Source: Tubiluchus corallicola
Lineage: Eukaryota > Animalia > Priapulida
Assembly: GCA_030141605.1 (NCBI GenBank)
Contig: JAQGDQ010000073.1
Span: 434,001-498,000 of the forward strand
DNA length: 64,000 bases
Direction of reading: 5' to 3'
Part shown: piece after piece, positions 12,646-25,899 of the stretch
How positions within the stretch are numbered: the first letter of the stretch is position 1
Layout: every line of letters begins with the position of its first letter
Notes under the pieces: model-generated
What the model was told of the DNA's origin: nothing
Seen by the model: the letters and a program-made list of their open reading frames with translations, nothing else
Database searches by the model: none
Made by a program: the position numbers and the translations under genes

Positions 12646-15600
12646 GTGAGCATTGGACACTTAGCAGCTTTTCTTAATATTTTGGAAAACCTTTAAGAGG
12701 TTTAAATGCCAAATTTGATGAGTGATTTATATGACTTTATGCCCAGTTTATGGGATTTTGCATTATTGTATTGTATGACTGATTTTTGAAACTGATCTTG
12801 TTCTCTACTAAGCAGCAAGCTGTTTTAGTTTGACTATTCAAAATATCTGAGTACTCTGTGTTAAAAATGACGTAACCTCATATGTGGTGTAGAAGCAGTT
12901 TTTTATACAGTTGTGCTTCCTATAAACAGTTCTACTTAATTAAAGCAAAAGCCAAGTTGAGCTTATTCTAATATTTGAGAAAAATGTTGAAAACTTTCAG
13001 CAATAAAATTGTGATAAGCATCTCGTGTAATTAGTAAAATCAATTTAAAGTCGCCGTGACTTCACGCTTGGGCGCACTATTTTAGACGAAAAATGGCGTC
13101 ATCTGGTTTCCGTGCTATATAAACACTTATTCCCTCCAGGAATCTTTTTTTAACTTATACAGCGATATCTATAAACTAAGTAACCAGCCCGGAACCGTAA
13201 GTTTACATGTGTATCCGAAAGTCTGTAAAGTAATTACATTTGTGTATACTACTTATACCATTAATGTATATTACTTACACATTTTAAGATATAACTCCTT
13301 TGGATTAAAGCTATGTAACCACTTTAAACTTAAGACATAACTGATCCAATGACTAACTGTTACATAAACACAGTGAAATACAACGCTAGAATGACAGTAC
13401 TTCTGATTGAATTGTGGAAATTTTGCATCTGGTGCTTTCACCGCAGCTTGCCTTGGCAGCATTCACGCTGCTCAGCAGAGACCACCTAAATCAGTTTTTT
13501 TCAAATATGCCGGCAGCGACGTCGTTTGTCGGGAGATAAAAACTATTTAAATTTCTTTTACATTTTTAAGCAAAGCATTCTATGCACATATCTTGTGTGG
13601 TGATTTTAGTATTTTTAATTATATATTAAAATGCAATAAATGTTGTTCGAGGGTTCGCTCTTCCTTTAAGGCAAAAAAAATCAATGCAAGATAGCACGTT
13701 TTGACAATCTTAAGAGCACTGTGAGTAATCAGAAAATTACCGGAGCTATAGCATACGTAAATTGAACATAATGTTACTGCTTTAATTAAATTGTTTTATT
13801 TTTTTTTTTAATTCTGATGACATGTATTTTCTATTACCAGAGCGTAGATATCTAGTTCAGATTCTACATACTCCTCACAAGAGTAAAATCCCACGAGGTC
13901 CAGCGAAGCTCCATCTTCAAAACAAAATGTTCTGCTTGGCTTCGGGAATCCCACCAAAGTCCCTGTTCGTGTGGCAAATTCAGCATCTCAGGAAGTTTGG
14001 TATCGTTAAAGGGAAATTTTGCTTTGAAGGGGGATCTCGTTGTGGAAAAAGTAAGTGTTTTTGTTACCATCAGGTGCATTAAGATTAAGTACATGCATTA
14101 ACCTTGGTGGGACAGGATCAGGAATCTAGTTCTTTGGAGAAATTTGTATAACTGGCAAATGCATTTCAAATGTTTCAAATGTTACTTTATTGCCCCATAT
14201 GAAAGGGAAATATTTATGGTGGCTTAGTTTCCACTTGTGCTTTAACCACTGAGTTGGTCTTGCCTCTGAGGGCTCGATCCTGGTTTGCAGAGTGCATAAC
14301 TGTATTAAAAAGAGATACAATCATTATTTTTGAAGTCACAAAACTCATTAATTAGGAATGCAACCACTTTGTGTCTCCTATTAAACACCAATTTAATAAC
14401 GTCTTTCGAAAACTTACTATTATTGCAGATGGCATGGGTCTCCACATACTGATGAGTACCAATATTGAAGATCTGGAAGCTGCTTTCAAGATGGCTGCAG
14501 AAGAGAAGTTAAACACAAACCAGTCACATGCACAGTGCAAGAAAATTTTCAGTAAATAAACATTTTCTTGATTGTTTTGGAAAAGTATTTGCAGGTTTTT
14601 AAAAGTTTTGTATGGAAAACGTAATGAAAAAAGGTTGTTGAATTGAATTTTCTTATTTTAAATTTGAATCTGGGTGTCTGTCTGTATGAAAGCTGGAAAT
14701 GCTGACGTTAGTTTTTTTTGTACATTTTACAAATTTGTTAATATAAGTTTGGCAACTAAATTTGTTTATACTTTTTTTCAGGTGAGGAGAACCTTGATGG
14801 TTTTCATTCACATAAATCTAGTAATTCTAGCCCTCAGGATTGCTCTAGCCCCACTTCTAGCCATTCTTTCAGTAGGAGTCACTCAGAATTTAGCCGAGGA
14901 GGGACGAGAATTGAGAGTGCAGTTCTTAAACCATCAGTATATTCTAAAGACAGCTCATCAAAAGACACTATTTTGTCTAACAAACCACCTATACCAGATA
15001 AAGCTGGCAATAGTCAACGGTCTAGCAGCGTATCTAGTTGTTCTTCCAAAGATTCTCATATCATCTCTCCAACTCATAATGATATAACATCAGCAGAGTC
15101 GCTGTCATCTGCTGCTTGCAAAGATGATGATTTAAGCCAAATTGATGCATTGTTTGATAAGCTACGTGTCCGTTCTGAATACAATGCTGGGGCAACTGTA
15201 AGTCCAGCAACAAAAATCAAAGCGGACAGTGTCGAGGAATGCAAGAACAGCGTGGAGCGTTGTGTGCAAGAACTGAAGTCTCTGCAGGATTTCTGTCGTG
15301 TCTGTTGCATTAATAGTAACATTGACTCGATAGGAAAGAAGACAGAACATCCTACTTTGGCAGATTTTCCCGACAATTCATTTGGAGCAACTCCTTTGTC
15401 ATCACAGAGGGAGTCTACAAGTGCAGTTTGCCAGAATTGCAGTAAGATAAATGCAGTAGATCGGATAACATCAACGAGTTCCTTCAAGTCAAACAATGAT
15501 GTGCACTATGCATCACCCAGATCAGTATATGATTCTCCCAGGAAGTTGTCGTGTTCTTCTTACGGGTCCGATCAGCTTTATGCAGAAACCAATTCAGAGG

Positions 15601-18600
15601 GTTCTGGATCTGAACTGAGTTACTCTTGCTCGACCAGACCAAATTTACTAAAAATGAGCAAGGATGACGCATATTTTACTGAAACTCTAGTTCAAGAAAT
15701 GGGAGAAGAAAAAAATGTTAAGCCCATTGTCACAGAATTGTTGTATGATAAGCCAAAGAGACTTGCAGTAAGTCGTATTTACTATTTGAACAGCATCAAT
15801 ATCAGTCAGTAGTCTTGCTCACATTAGCATGATTCAGTTTCTTGAAATCTCTGTTGTGGCAAAAATTATTTTCTAAAGTTTTGGACGTAAACTTTATTGA
15901 TTTTTGTATTTTTTGTTAATAGATATGTGTTAACTTAAAAACTTAAGGCTTTGAGTGAACTAACATAAATCTAAACACTGTATATATGATTTCATTTAAT
16001 GTTTATCTTTAATTTGCATGATTTCACTTTTAGAATATTGCTGGTGAAGAAAAACTAAAGGACATCTTGTCATCTAATCACAATGATCAAAACATTCACC
16101 TCACAGAGCCAGAGACACTGTATGAAAGCGTTGAACGTTTGGCTGCAGAGACAAACGAATTTTGGAAAAAGCTTGTAGCTGAGGAAAGTGCATCTGGTAC
16201 TGCCACGTGTGCCCTGACTTCTGTTACTGATTCAAGTATGTTTGTCACCTCTGATCAATTCCATGCTGTTAAAAATCCGAACCAACTTCAGACAAGCGAA
16301 TTATTGAAAAAGCTGTCGTATGAAGTGTCGTCTAGTGAACGAGACTCTGACAGCGGCATTGAGAACATGAAGGGTTTTCCATCTTCCTCAGTTCCAATAG
16401 ACATTCCTCGGTCAGAAGGGTTGGAAATCAAGTATGATAGATGTGACTCGTTTTCATTCAGCCGCACGCAGTCTGCTAGCAGTGGATCTGACTATGAACA
16501 TGGTTGCCCTAATACATTTCTCCGGCCAAAACCATTTGTTGGCTCTTCGGGAAGTAGCCAGTTGTCTTGCAGCCTGGAGAGTACAGGTAGCCGGACTAGT
16601 GATAATATCCTGCCGATTAGGCCTCGCATGGCTAGTTTAGACAGTAATCTCCGGAAGCAGGATACTCAGGAGAACTATGTGAATGTTTGCTTCCGGTCAC
16701 AGCCCTGCTTGCGCTCAAACAATCCCAGTATGGAAACTCTGGTTGAAAGGCCAGAGGAAAATTGCCGTCAGCGGCACATTTCGGGGGGCAAAAATTACAT
16801 GACAATGGAGTATGGAGGAGATAAGGAATTGTCAGTACGAGAGCCAAATTATCTTGTCATGGAGCCGAAAAAGAGTGGTGTCCAGATAATTGCTTCAGAT
16901 GATGCTAAAGATTTCTGCCAGAAAAAGCAGAATGATTTAAAAAATGATCAGCAAAAATTGAAAAACATTCAATCTCCGCCAAGGTCACCTTGTAAGAAAC
17001 CACCAGAAGAGTGGCTTCTTCAGCCATTTAATCCACGTCCTTCACAACCACGAAAAACAGAAATGGCAGATGCTTGTATTGACACATCGTCCTCGGTAGG
17101 TTCTGCAGAAACCGAGCAACCAAACGACGAGGTGACATCCTCGAAGAGCCTTTTACCGAAAAGGAAGAAGTCGAAAAGTATGTCTGAGAAAGAAAATAAA
17201 GACTTGCTAGGTTCGCTAAAGCGCCGACCATCATTTTTTCGCCAGGCTTCAGCACCTGCGGAAGATGTGAAAGGGTACAGCTTGAGTTATCCACCGAGAA
17301 AATCTCCGACTAGCACAAGAAAAGCTTATTCATTGGATAATGCCTGCCACTATCCTGCATTTGATAATCAATGTGTGCCGCCAGAAGAAATGCTACGTGC
17401 ACTTCATGGACGTTCCAACTCTTTAGATGATTCACCGAAGAATAAATCGTTGTTGCAGCGGAAAAATTCGTTCCTTTCTCGATTGTCAATGCGTTTGAAG
17501 AATCGTTCTAGCAGTACGGAAGACGTAGATGTGAGTAAATTATCCCGGAGTGCCCCTGAGACTCAGCGGAAATCTGCTCTCTCCAATATGCGCCGTGTCA
17601 ACACTTTCACCTCACGTTCTAATCCTTCCATTCGACAACGGCAGGCATCTGATTCTGATATATACATGAGAGAGAGTGACGTGTACTCTCATTGTACGAG
17701 ATCGCAGTCTTCCTATCCAGGCACATTAGAACGTACGTCCAAGCATCGATCTGCTCAAGATTACCTGGAGATGGGACAGATGTCATTGCCTCGTCCTGTG
17801 AAATCATCACGACAGTCATCGATTAAGTTCTCACGTTCAAATAGTTGTACGAAAACTGATGTTCTTGTTGAAGGTGTATTGCAACCATCAAAGGATAATC
17901 CCAGAATGAGGTTGGCAACAGGTATGCTGTTTTCTACCATTTGCTACTTATAAATAGTTTTCTTCACAATATTGTTTTGCACATGTTTTTTATGCATTAC
18001 AAATATTTACCTTGGGGTGGTAAAATTCTTATATAATTATTACATTTTTGGCTCTAACTGGTGTAGTCTTTGTAGGGAATAAGAAATTAATCTGAGTCTA
18101 TTAAATACAAAAATTATCATTCTTAAACTGCTACATAAGTGAACTATTGCAGACACTTGTTTTCTATTTATTTTTAGTTTAAATATTGAACTTTGTCATC
18201 TAGATTTTATTAATAAATCTTAATTAATCTTTCAAATAATGTTTCAAATAATCTTTCAAATTATAAATATTTTGAAATGTCCCTCTGGTCGTAGATTCCA
18301 CTCAATGCTAAAACCACAAGAATGTTAAATTCTTTCTATCCTGTTGCAATTCGCACCATCAACAGTAAATTTCAGTAAATCTCCAATATTAATTCTCTAT
18401 GTCACTGTACAACAGATTGAATTATCTGTGTTAATCTTCTTGTTGTTTCCATAAGTTACTGCAGTACGTAAAACCACATAAATTTTATTGTATTAAGCTA
18501 TAATGACAATAAATTGCTTACTTACTTACTTATTATTATTTACAAATATTTTCAAGTTTGAGCAAGAAAATCTTTTTGTGCAGTGTCCAACCAGACTTAT

Positions 18601-21326
18601 TCAAAATATTTTACACAGATATTGATTGTTTTCTTTCAGAGAGATCATACTTTTTATTACATATGTTTTGTTTTATAGTTGCTTTTTTCATTAAATATTG
18701 TTGTTAAATATAAATGTTAAATATTTTTAATTTGATAGAGGAGAAAATCTGCATGGGTAAACTGAATAATGATGACCACAGCGTTGGCACATCAGAGTCT
18801 TCTGCAGATACTGATGCCTCTAGAGGTATTCATAAAATTTTGCATTGTCAGTGCAAACCTTTTCACTAGTTCAAATGTTAGCTTTATTATGCTTCTGGAA
18901 TGTTTCCATTTGCTCTTTCCGATAACGATCACTGGATCCTGTATGCTGATGTTTGTAATTCTCAAGCTAAGGTGTATCTAACATTCATTATTGTGCAATT
19001 TCTTCCAGAACAAACTTATAACATTACTAATTGAGTGTTAATTTGAAATACTCTGCAAGAGCTGTACCATGCTTAATTATCTGAGGCATATTTATTATGA
19101 TGGTACTGTTATCGACTGGGTTGTTTAAGTGGAAGTGGAAGAATTTTTCTGTGGTGTACACTGAATAGTTTAGTAAATTAATTTTAAGCTTGTAAAACAT
19201 CTAGATTGGCCTAAAATTGTTTTTGTTTGTCATGTTTACTTGTTTGTAAGTCTTTAGAGGTAAATGTGTGTTTTTAACTTTTATCTACTGAAGGAAGCAA
19301 CGTTGTGAATGTTCTACGGCCGCGATCTGCAAAAGATTACGTGAAAGTTGACCGCAAGAATCTTCGAGTTGAGATTGCGAAGGAAGGTGGACTAGCTCGC
19401 AGTGATGAGGATATTCCTATTTCAACCTCAACTTCAGTGGTTAACAAGAAATTTTTTCCATTCTACAGTTTGCCAAGGAGAAAAACAGAGCCCTGTAAAT
19501 TAAAGTTAGTTGTTATTGTTTTCAGCCTCTACCAGCTTGACTTTTTCCACTTTTTTTCTCTGATATAAAAAACTCTGACTGTATAAAAATATTTCTAGTT
19601 TTGTTCTTTATCGTTTTTTTAGGTGCTTAAACAAACCTACCATTTAATAAACAAATCTGCTATACTGTCATGCATGCATTGCATAAGTCAGCAGTGTACT
19701 TCAGAATTTGTTTATTCTTGATAATTGAATCGGTTATGTTGTTGGTTTTTTAATTATGTAATCCATTTTATGTAATGCTGGTATGTGTTACAGTTACCAT
19801 TAGTGTGAGTAAAATTTTGACAAGTTATGCTCGAGTAATAAATTGTCATTAATAACACTATAGTACTAAACTTCTCTTGAACTCCTAACCCTTATCGAGG
19901 GTTATCTAAAATGTATATCCCTAAGTTATTACTTGAGAAACTGATTAGTGACGGAGAAAACGAACTTTTAAAATAATGTGGGTGCTGGCTGTCATTTTCA
20001 TATTCTCAGGAGTCTCAGTGTACATGAGATTCTGAAAAGGAAATTTTGAACTTTTCAAACAGGGGGAGACCCACACAGGTCAGATGCTACAAGACATGTG
20101 TATCACCCAAACATATTGACCGATGAGTCAAGGACACTTTGCATGACCACTGTTAAAATTTCCTTATTAGTTTTTATTTTCACATTTATTCCCATGCATG
20201 CTGTTGATCACAGCATTCCAGGCAATGTCAAAACTCTCGAATGACCAAATCTATTGCCATTGTGCTGTGTTATCAGTGGTCTATTATTGCTGTTATTTGT
20301 TCTCTGGTTAAAATCTCAAAGTGAACACACATGTTTAAGCGTCATTGTACTTCAGTAGTGTTTGCCAAAGTTAACACCACTTTACTTTTGCATTAACGGC
20401 TGTTCTTTTTTTAAAGTATGTCGTAGCTAGCAGCAATTATTTATGAGGCAGTTGTTTTCTACAAGTTGTTAAATACAAGTTTCTTTTATAGGAACGTAGC
20501 GCCCGTGTCACCGCAAGTGACAGAATCGATCAACAAAGATCACAGCATGCCACAGATTTTGCTCGACAATTCCAGTCAAAAGCAACTGCAGCAACAACAA
20601 TGGTTTTTAATTGGAAAAACTTTGAAACCCGGTCAGTCTCAACCTCCTTGTGCTGTTGTCACACCGACATTTCGCCGCATGTCTGCGGAAAGAAAAAATG
20701 ACCATCAGTCCTCAGACGCTTATTTCGACATGTCTGGGTCAGCAAGCTGTGTGCAAACTGACGATTACATAAATATGAACAACGTCGAGTCATCGAGACC
20801 ATCATCAGACGATTATGTCTGTATGAATGGAGTAGATTCTGTCCCGGACATGTTTTCGTTGCTGCGCGGTTGCCATAGAAATGAGCTAACTGACGGCTAC
20901 ATGCCGATGCAGTCCAATGTGCACAAAGAGATGTTATCAAAACAATTAAAGATGAATAGATTGATAGAGGGTAGCAGTAGTGGTTGTAGCACTTGGTCAA
21001 ATAAGACACCTTGGCATAGTGAAACTCTAAACTCCGAACAGCGACGACACAATTATGCCAACTTGGATGGTGTGATTAAAGCATCCAAAAACATTTCGAA
21101 CTGTGTGTCAAATTTGTCTTTTGAACGCTTCGGCAAGAAGACGGATGAGGAACTTAATTATTTAGAAATGCATCCATGTGGCTCTGACAGTGATAGCCCT
21201 GCACCTAGCCCTACTGCAAAGAATAATTATGTGCAAATCGACTTCTCGGCAACAGCGGCAGTGCAGCATATAGGCACGCAACGTGATCGACAACGGCGAG
21301 AAATGACTCCAGATCTCAATAAATAA
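12418..21326 (+). CDS. DOK7: DOK7-like PH + IRS-type PTB docking protein with a long IRS-like tail (>=1520 aa; 5' exon(s) unresolved)
   Basis: Exons 12418-12645, 13841-14050, 14429-14551, 14782-15767, 16034-17921, 18739-18825, 19294-19504, 20492-21326. All GT-AG with compatible phases. PH segment CLNLFFYKD..EKSSLALD..GIEAGFPY..VLAVLC..LLGF..W and PTB segment GPAKLHL..IPP..W..LRKFG..FCFEGGSRCG match DOK7 as I recall it. Confidence 0.82.
12944..13665. mobile_element. Non-autonomous TTAA-flanked DNA transposon/MITE (Kolobok-like termini), copy 1
   Basis: ttaa|agcaaaagcc ... gctcttcct|ttaa. Colinear over ~720 bp with 31099-31828. Confidence 0.75.
13841..14050 (+). CDS. DOK7: DOK7-like exon, PTB domain
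   Basis: accag|AG CGT...AAA A|gtaagt; contains LRKFG and FEGGSRCG. Confidence 0.9.
14429..14551 (+). CDS. DOK7: DOK7-like exon, end of PTB domain
   Basis: tgcag|AT GGC...TTC A|gtaaat; 123 nt, phase 1-1. Confidence 0.8.
14782..15767 (+). CDS. DOK7: DOK7-like exon, Ser-rich tail
   Basis: tttcag|GT GAG...GCA|gtaagt; in frame with ORF 14973-15812. Confidence 0.85.
16034..17921 (+). CDS. DOK7: DOK7-like exon, tail with YVNV, YMTM, YLVM, YLEM
   Basis: tttag|AAT...ACA G|gtatg; covers the 628-aa ORF. Confidence 0.88.
18271..18533 (+). mobile_element. 3' remnant of a LINE (Rex1/Babar-like)
   Basis: Frameshifted PSGRRF...KTTRMLNSFYPVAIRTIN resembles the typical LPSGRRYR..RFKNSFYP.AIRLLN end. It is followed by AATAAA and a (TTAC)n tail. 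Confidence 0.65.
18739..18825 (+). CDS. DOK7: DOK7-like small exon
   Basis: gatag|AG GAG...AGA G|gtatt; 87 nt, phase 1-1, no stops, could be skipped in frame. Confidence 0.6.
19294..19504 (+). CDS. DOK7: DOK7-like exon
   Basis: tgaag|GA AGC...TTA AA|gttagt; its 1-to-2 phase change is needed to join the terminal exon. Confidence 0.72.
20492..21326 (+). CDS. DOK7: DOK7-like terminal exon (YFDM, YINM, YVCM, YMPM, YANL, YLEM, YVQIDF)
   Basis: ttatag|G AAC...AAA TAA. Confidence 0.88.
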
Positions 21327-23590
21327 GAATTGAAAAATTTGAATAAAATAAATGAGTAAATAAAGAATTCAAAATTTTTTCTCTATTAATGATGACAAGT
21401 CTCAGGAGAGCTCTCTGTCGTGTTTCAAAAGTTTGGTTTAAAATGAACTTTGGCTTCATTCCACTGCACAGTATACTCGTTTCATCCACATGAAAACTGT
21501 TTTTATACATGTCTTTGTTACTGAGTGAACTCTCAAGATATTTTTCATGTGTATTGAATAGGATTTCGTGTGTATTGAACAGGACCAAGCTGCTCTTAAG
21601 GAGATTTAATGTATTCATAAACAATACAGACCTTTTACCAATACAGTGATGGAAACTTTATAAATAATGTACTTTTTGTACTTTTTTGTTGTAAATCTAT
21701 ACATATATTCTGTATAGTTTGTGTATAGTTATTTATTTAGAAGATAAATAGTTCATATTGTATACACTACTTTTGTGTGTTTTGCTGTATTTAGATTTCA
21801 AAAAGTGGTTGTGCTTTATCTTACAGTAATGATAAATTGATGATAGCAATACTTGCAATACCAGCAAGTTGTTAATAATTTTGTCCAGAGTTCATAAACA
21901 AAGAATGGCTTGTTATTCCTTTGTTGTATTTGTTTTATGTGCCTATGATATGTTTGATGTAACACAGCTTGTCTGCACATAAGATTATAAAGTTAAACTG
22001 ATCTTATGGAGCTGTGACCAATACATATTAAATCTCATTAACATATCATATTTATTAATACATAACATTGTGATCTCGTTCTTATTCGAATGTTTATGCG
22101 ATTATGATGCTAATGCTTATGGAAACTGTGGTGCAAAAGTTTTCTAGTTCACCAGTTTTTAATACATAATTATGTTTGAAGATTATTGTGATGAGTCACT
22201 TTATATTTCTGTATATGTATTAACTGCCAAAATAAAGTCGTTATTTTGATCTAACAGTAATTTTTGTATGAATGCATGAATTGTACTTGTGGTACATTGC
22301 TTGACCTCAGTACTTCACTACCGCCAGTCTACCATTGATATAATAGATTCATGTTATTTATTATTAGTACCCGTGTTTTGTGTGATAAGTGTTCTAGATT
22401 TTCTACATTTCATGTTTGTAAGGCCTAATAAGTATGTATGTGGCCTTTACTGTCAAGGAAATGCCTTATATCATTGCAATAAACTTATTTGTAATCTGCA
22501 CTGCATTATTAAGAAATGAGTAAGGAGAGAAAATTGTTTGTGAATTATTGGCTTTTTTTTACCCCCGCTCCATCAAATACACACTTTTCGTTCTGTAATG
22601 TTACTCTTTGTGCACAAAATTTTGCTGAATATTTTGAAGTGCAAAGTTTTCTAAAAAAATTTATTTTCTCTCCCTGTGACCTATACTTCGCATCCATTTT
22701 TGTTTACCTCCAAATATTCACTTAAGCGTTGAATTTAGACCCTTGGTGCATTTTCATTGCCAAATCAATAAGAGAATATCCATCGTGTTATTGTTCTTAT
22801 GGCTTTGGCCAGTTAATCAGTTATTGTCATTGCTGACTTTTTTTTATTTTAAATTTTCCCTCGTCTAAAAAGAATGGACTGCCATTTTCGTATCATAAGT
22901 AAAAACTATTTTGATGATATACATGGCCTGTTTTTGTAAGAGTTGCTATAGTGCGTGATTATTTTGTGGCATCGTTCTACGTTTTTGTAATACTAAGCTC
23001 AGTAAGTTGCCATTATTATTTTGTTGGAACGTGTGTTACCCGGGCAATAAGTGTTCAACTTTTCAACCATTTTATTTTTGGTACTTTTGTTACTTTCATA
23101 TTGGATTTTGCAACTTTGTAATTATTATACGTAATCTTTCTTAATTGATTTTAGTGGAGATAAGTGTTCAGCATGTTATTAATTGTTAGTTCATTTCATT
23201 GATTACTTTTGTTTGCTGCATACAATTAAAAGCCTATATAAAGAAAATATTTCCACCGCTGCATGATATCTGATTTCTATTATTTTTCATTTTGTATAAT
23301 TTGTGTAAATACGAGTTATTTCTTTGAGTTTAGTATTTTTTGTATCAATACCTGGCAGTTACCATATATTGCTTAATAAAAGCCCGATATACTACAGTGA
23401 TATGTTTGAATTAATTTTTAATAATTATTTTTACCTTTGTGAGTACGTTTTCAATGTTTCACTTTCTGAGTACATGTTATACAAATATAAACAACACAGT
23501 TGTCTAAATTTGCGAGATAGTCATGTCCAAATTTTTTCAATTAAATACCTTTTGTGTGTATATACATATATATATTACAAACCATAAGTT

Positions 23591-23625
23591 ATAAAGATAA
23601 AGATAAAGATAAAAATAAAGATAAA
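23591..23625. repeat. (ATAAAG)n microsatellite
   Basis: About 6 imperfect copies. Confidence 0.7.
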
Positions 23626-25739
23626 CAAACAATCTTATCAATCAGTGCATCTATAGTAAAGGAGGACTGCTTTTGGCAAACGTGTTATATGCGAGAAACT
23701 AAAACTATTATTGCAACATAGTGATGCACAAGGAAACAGAAATTCAGGCATAAAATAGTGCCCCCTCTCTACCCATGCCAACTGGAAGCCCCCTACAACA
23801 AATATGAAAGGAAGAAAACACCCTACATAAAACGACCTTTTCTTGCATACACCTAAAAAGTTCGTATTGAAATTTTTTATCATCTAATTACTGCCTTGTT
23901 ATACGCAGAGCTTGTCAATTCAATTAAAATGGATCTTCCTGCTCTCACGGGCAATTTGACGTTACGTCGTTCTTGAGGTCTGTTTCTGGTGGACAGACAC
24001 GATCCCTTGATATGTTATGGGCAGCCTTCTGATCTTGGTGCTTACATATAAACGTAAATCAAGTGAAACAGCAATATAGTTGATCTGTTACTTTTCTACT
24101 GTTTATTCATGTTGCTTTGTGTACTTATAATTCGTGTTTCTACACAAGCTTTATGAACTGCCTTGTTTCACTTTAACAAAGGGGAGTAACAAATGCGTCT
24201 CACGAACCCCTGCTGTATTTGTTCCACCATTTCCATCAGCCCATTCTCCTCCTTGTCCTCGGTGTCTTTTTCACGTGTTCTGGGTGATAATGGCGGCACA
24301 TAACAAATTCATAAACCCGGCGCTCGCGTACCATCTCCTCCCAATGAAAACGCCGGGTTGACCTCAGCTCCTCTATGTCAGTGTCTTCGTCTGAGTGAGG
24401 ATCTAGCCAGTAAGCGGCAAATCGACTCAATCGAACGTCCGGATCATGGAATTTTAATTTTAAAAAATGGTTTAAATTTCATTGATATCAATGGTTATAT
24501 GAATTTTCTCACTTCATCCCAGTGCCGAGCCATGCATCTGAACTTTACATCACATATTTACGTTTATAATTTTAAGTATGTTTTTTGTGTATTTTGCTAT
24601 GCATATACTCGTATGTCATTTTAGTCAATTGGTAACGTTACGTAATTATTTTTCGTTACGTTTCATATTCAGTAACATACACGAAAAGTGTTGATTGTTA
24701 AATTATTAATTAAAACTCATTAACTTGTCCGTTAATGAACATTTTACTAAATAATTTTGCACTCTTTTTATACTTATTGATATAAAATTTGATATCCAGA
24801 AATAATTTTTGTCCACTTCCTCTGTTATCATTACTTGGTATCGTCATTATGAATTTCAGAATATATTTTCAATCATTATTTTTTGTTTTTCTATAGTAAT
24901 TTATTTGCAACTAATGTTTTCTTTTTTTGCATCTTTGCGTGTGATATACAATGGTAGTAGTATGATTAGTTGTTTGCAAGTAATGTTGTTTGAGACATAT
25001 CGCTGTTTTTGCTGTTTGGGTTTGTTTCTTAATTTAGCATTTTTGCTTACGGGGTTGCTAGTTTGTTCATTTGCTTGCTTGCTTGTATGCTCGCTTGCTT
25101 ACTTGTTTCCTCTTTCTTTAATTACCTGTTTGCTTGCTTACTCATTTGTGTAATTACTTGGATATATGTTTGCTTGTTTCTTGTTTTGATTTCACTTTTG
25201 CATTAGTTGTTTGCTCACTTTTTTGTTCTTTCCTTCGTTTACTTGCTTGTCTACATTCCTGTGTGGTTGCTTATCCGCGGTTGTAGTCCTGGTGATCTTA
25301 CAGATATGTGAATTTGACGACCTGTGATAGTTGTAAGTGCTGCATAGATTTCTGCTCAACGGCTTAGACTCATTCGCTGATGTTTTAAATGTTTTACGTC
25401 TCAAAAAAACTTGCCACACAAAGTTATGTTACTACAATGTAACTTTATATTATAAACAATATAAATATATTATTAATAATTACATTATATAGGTAATAAT
25501 TACATTATGCACCTGTCGCACATTTCATTTATAATTTAATATGTGCTGCTGCCTACATTTAAAATCATTTATTATTGAACTGAGAGTAGGGTTTAATACT
25601 GGTTGTGGCTAATGAATATACATCCTAATGCGTTTAGTATACCCTTTTCTCTTAAACAGATTTATATTGACAGAAATCCAAACTTGACTGCAGTTAATCT
25701 TGACTTGACGGTTTCATCAGTGTTGAATGCATTTATTAT

Positions 25740-25808
25740 CAGACGCTGTGCGAAAATCGAAAAGCTCGCACCAATCTTCAATTCAAACATGGACCATGAG
25801 ACCAAGTC
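25740..25808 (+). other. Candidate 5' UTR first exon of MELK (start approximate)
   Basis: CpG-richer patch ending in the donor GTC|gtaagt, with a YY1-like CGCCATTT at 25851. The ATG-bearing MELK exon has an unpaired acceptor at 33200. Confidence 0.35.
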
Positions 25809-25899
25809 GTAAGTATCGAAGGAATATAACAGTTTTACGTACGGTTTGTACGCCATTTCTTGTTAAATTTCTGGGTTAATTTAGTCTTATATTGATAAT

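Noticed and set aside
14674-21009. Alternative-frame and antisense ORFs over the DOK7-like exons
   Set aside because: Shadows of the long coding exons with no independent motifs.
25662-25856. Minus-strand 64-aa ORF (MAYKPY...)
   Set aside because: No recognisable domain and no consistent spliced extension; AAATGGCG is explained as a YY1-like motif.
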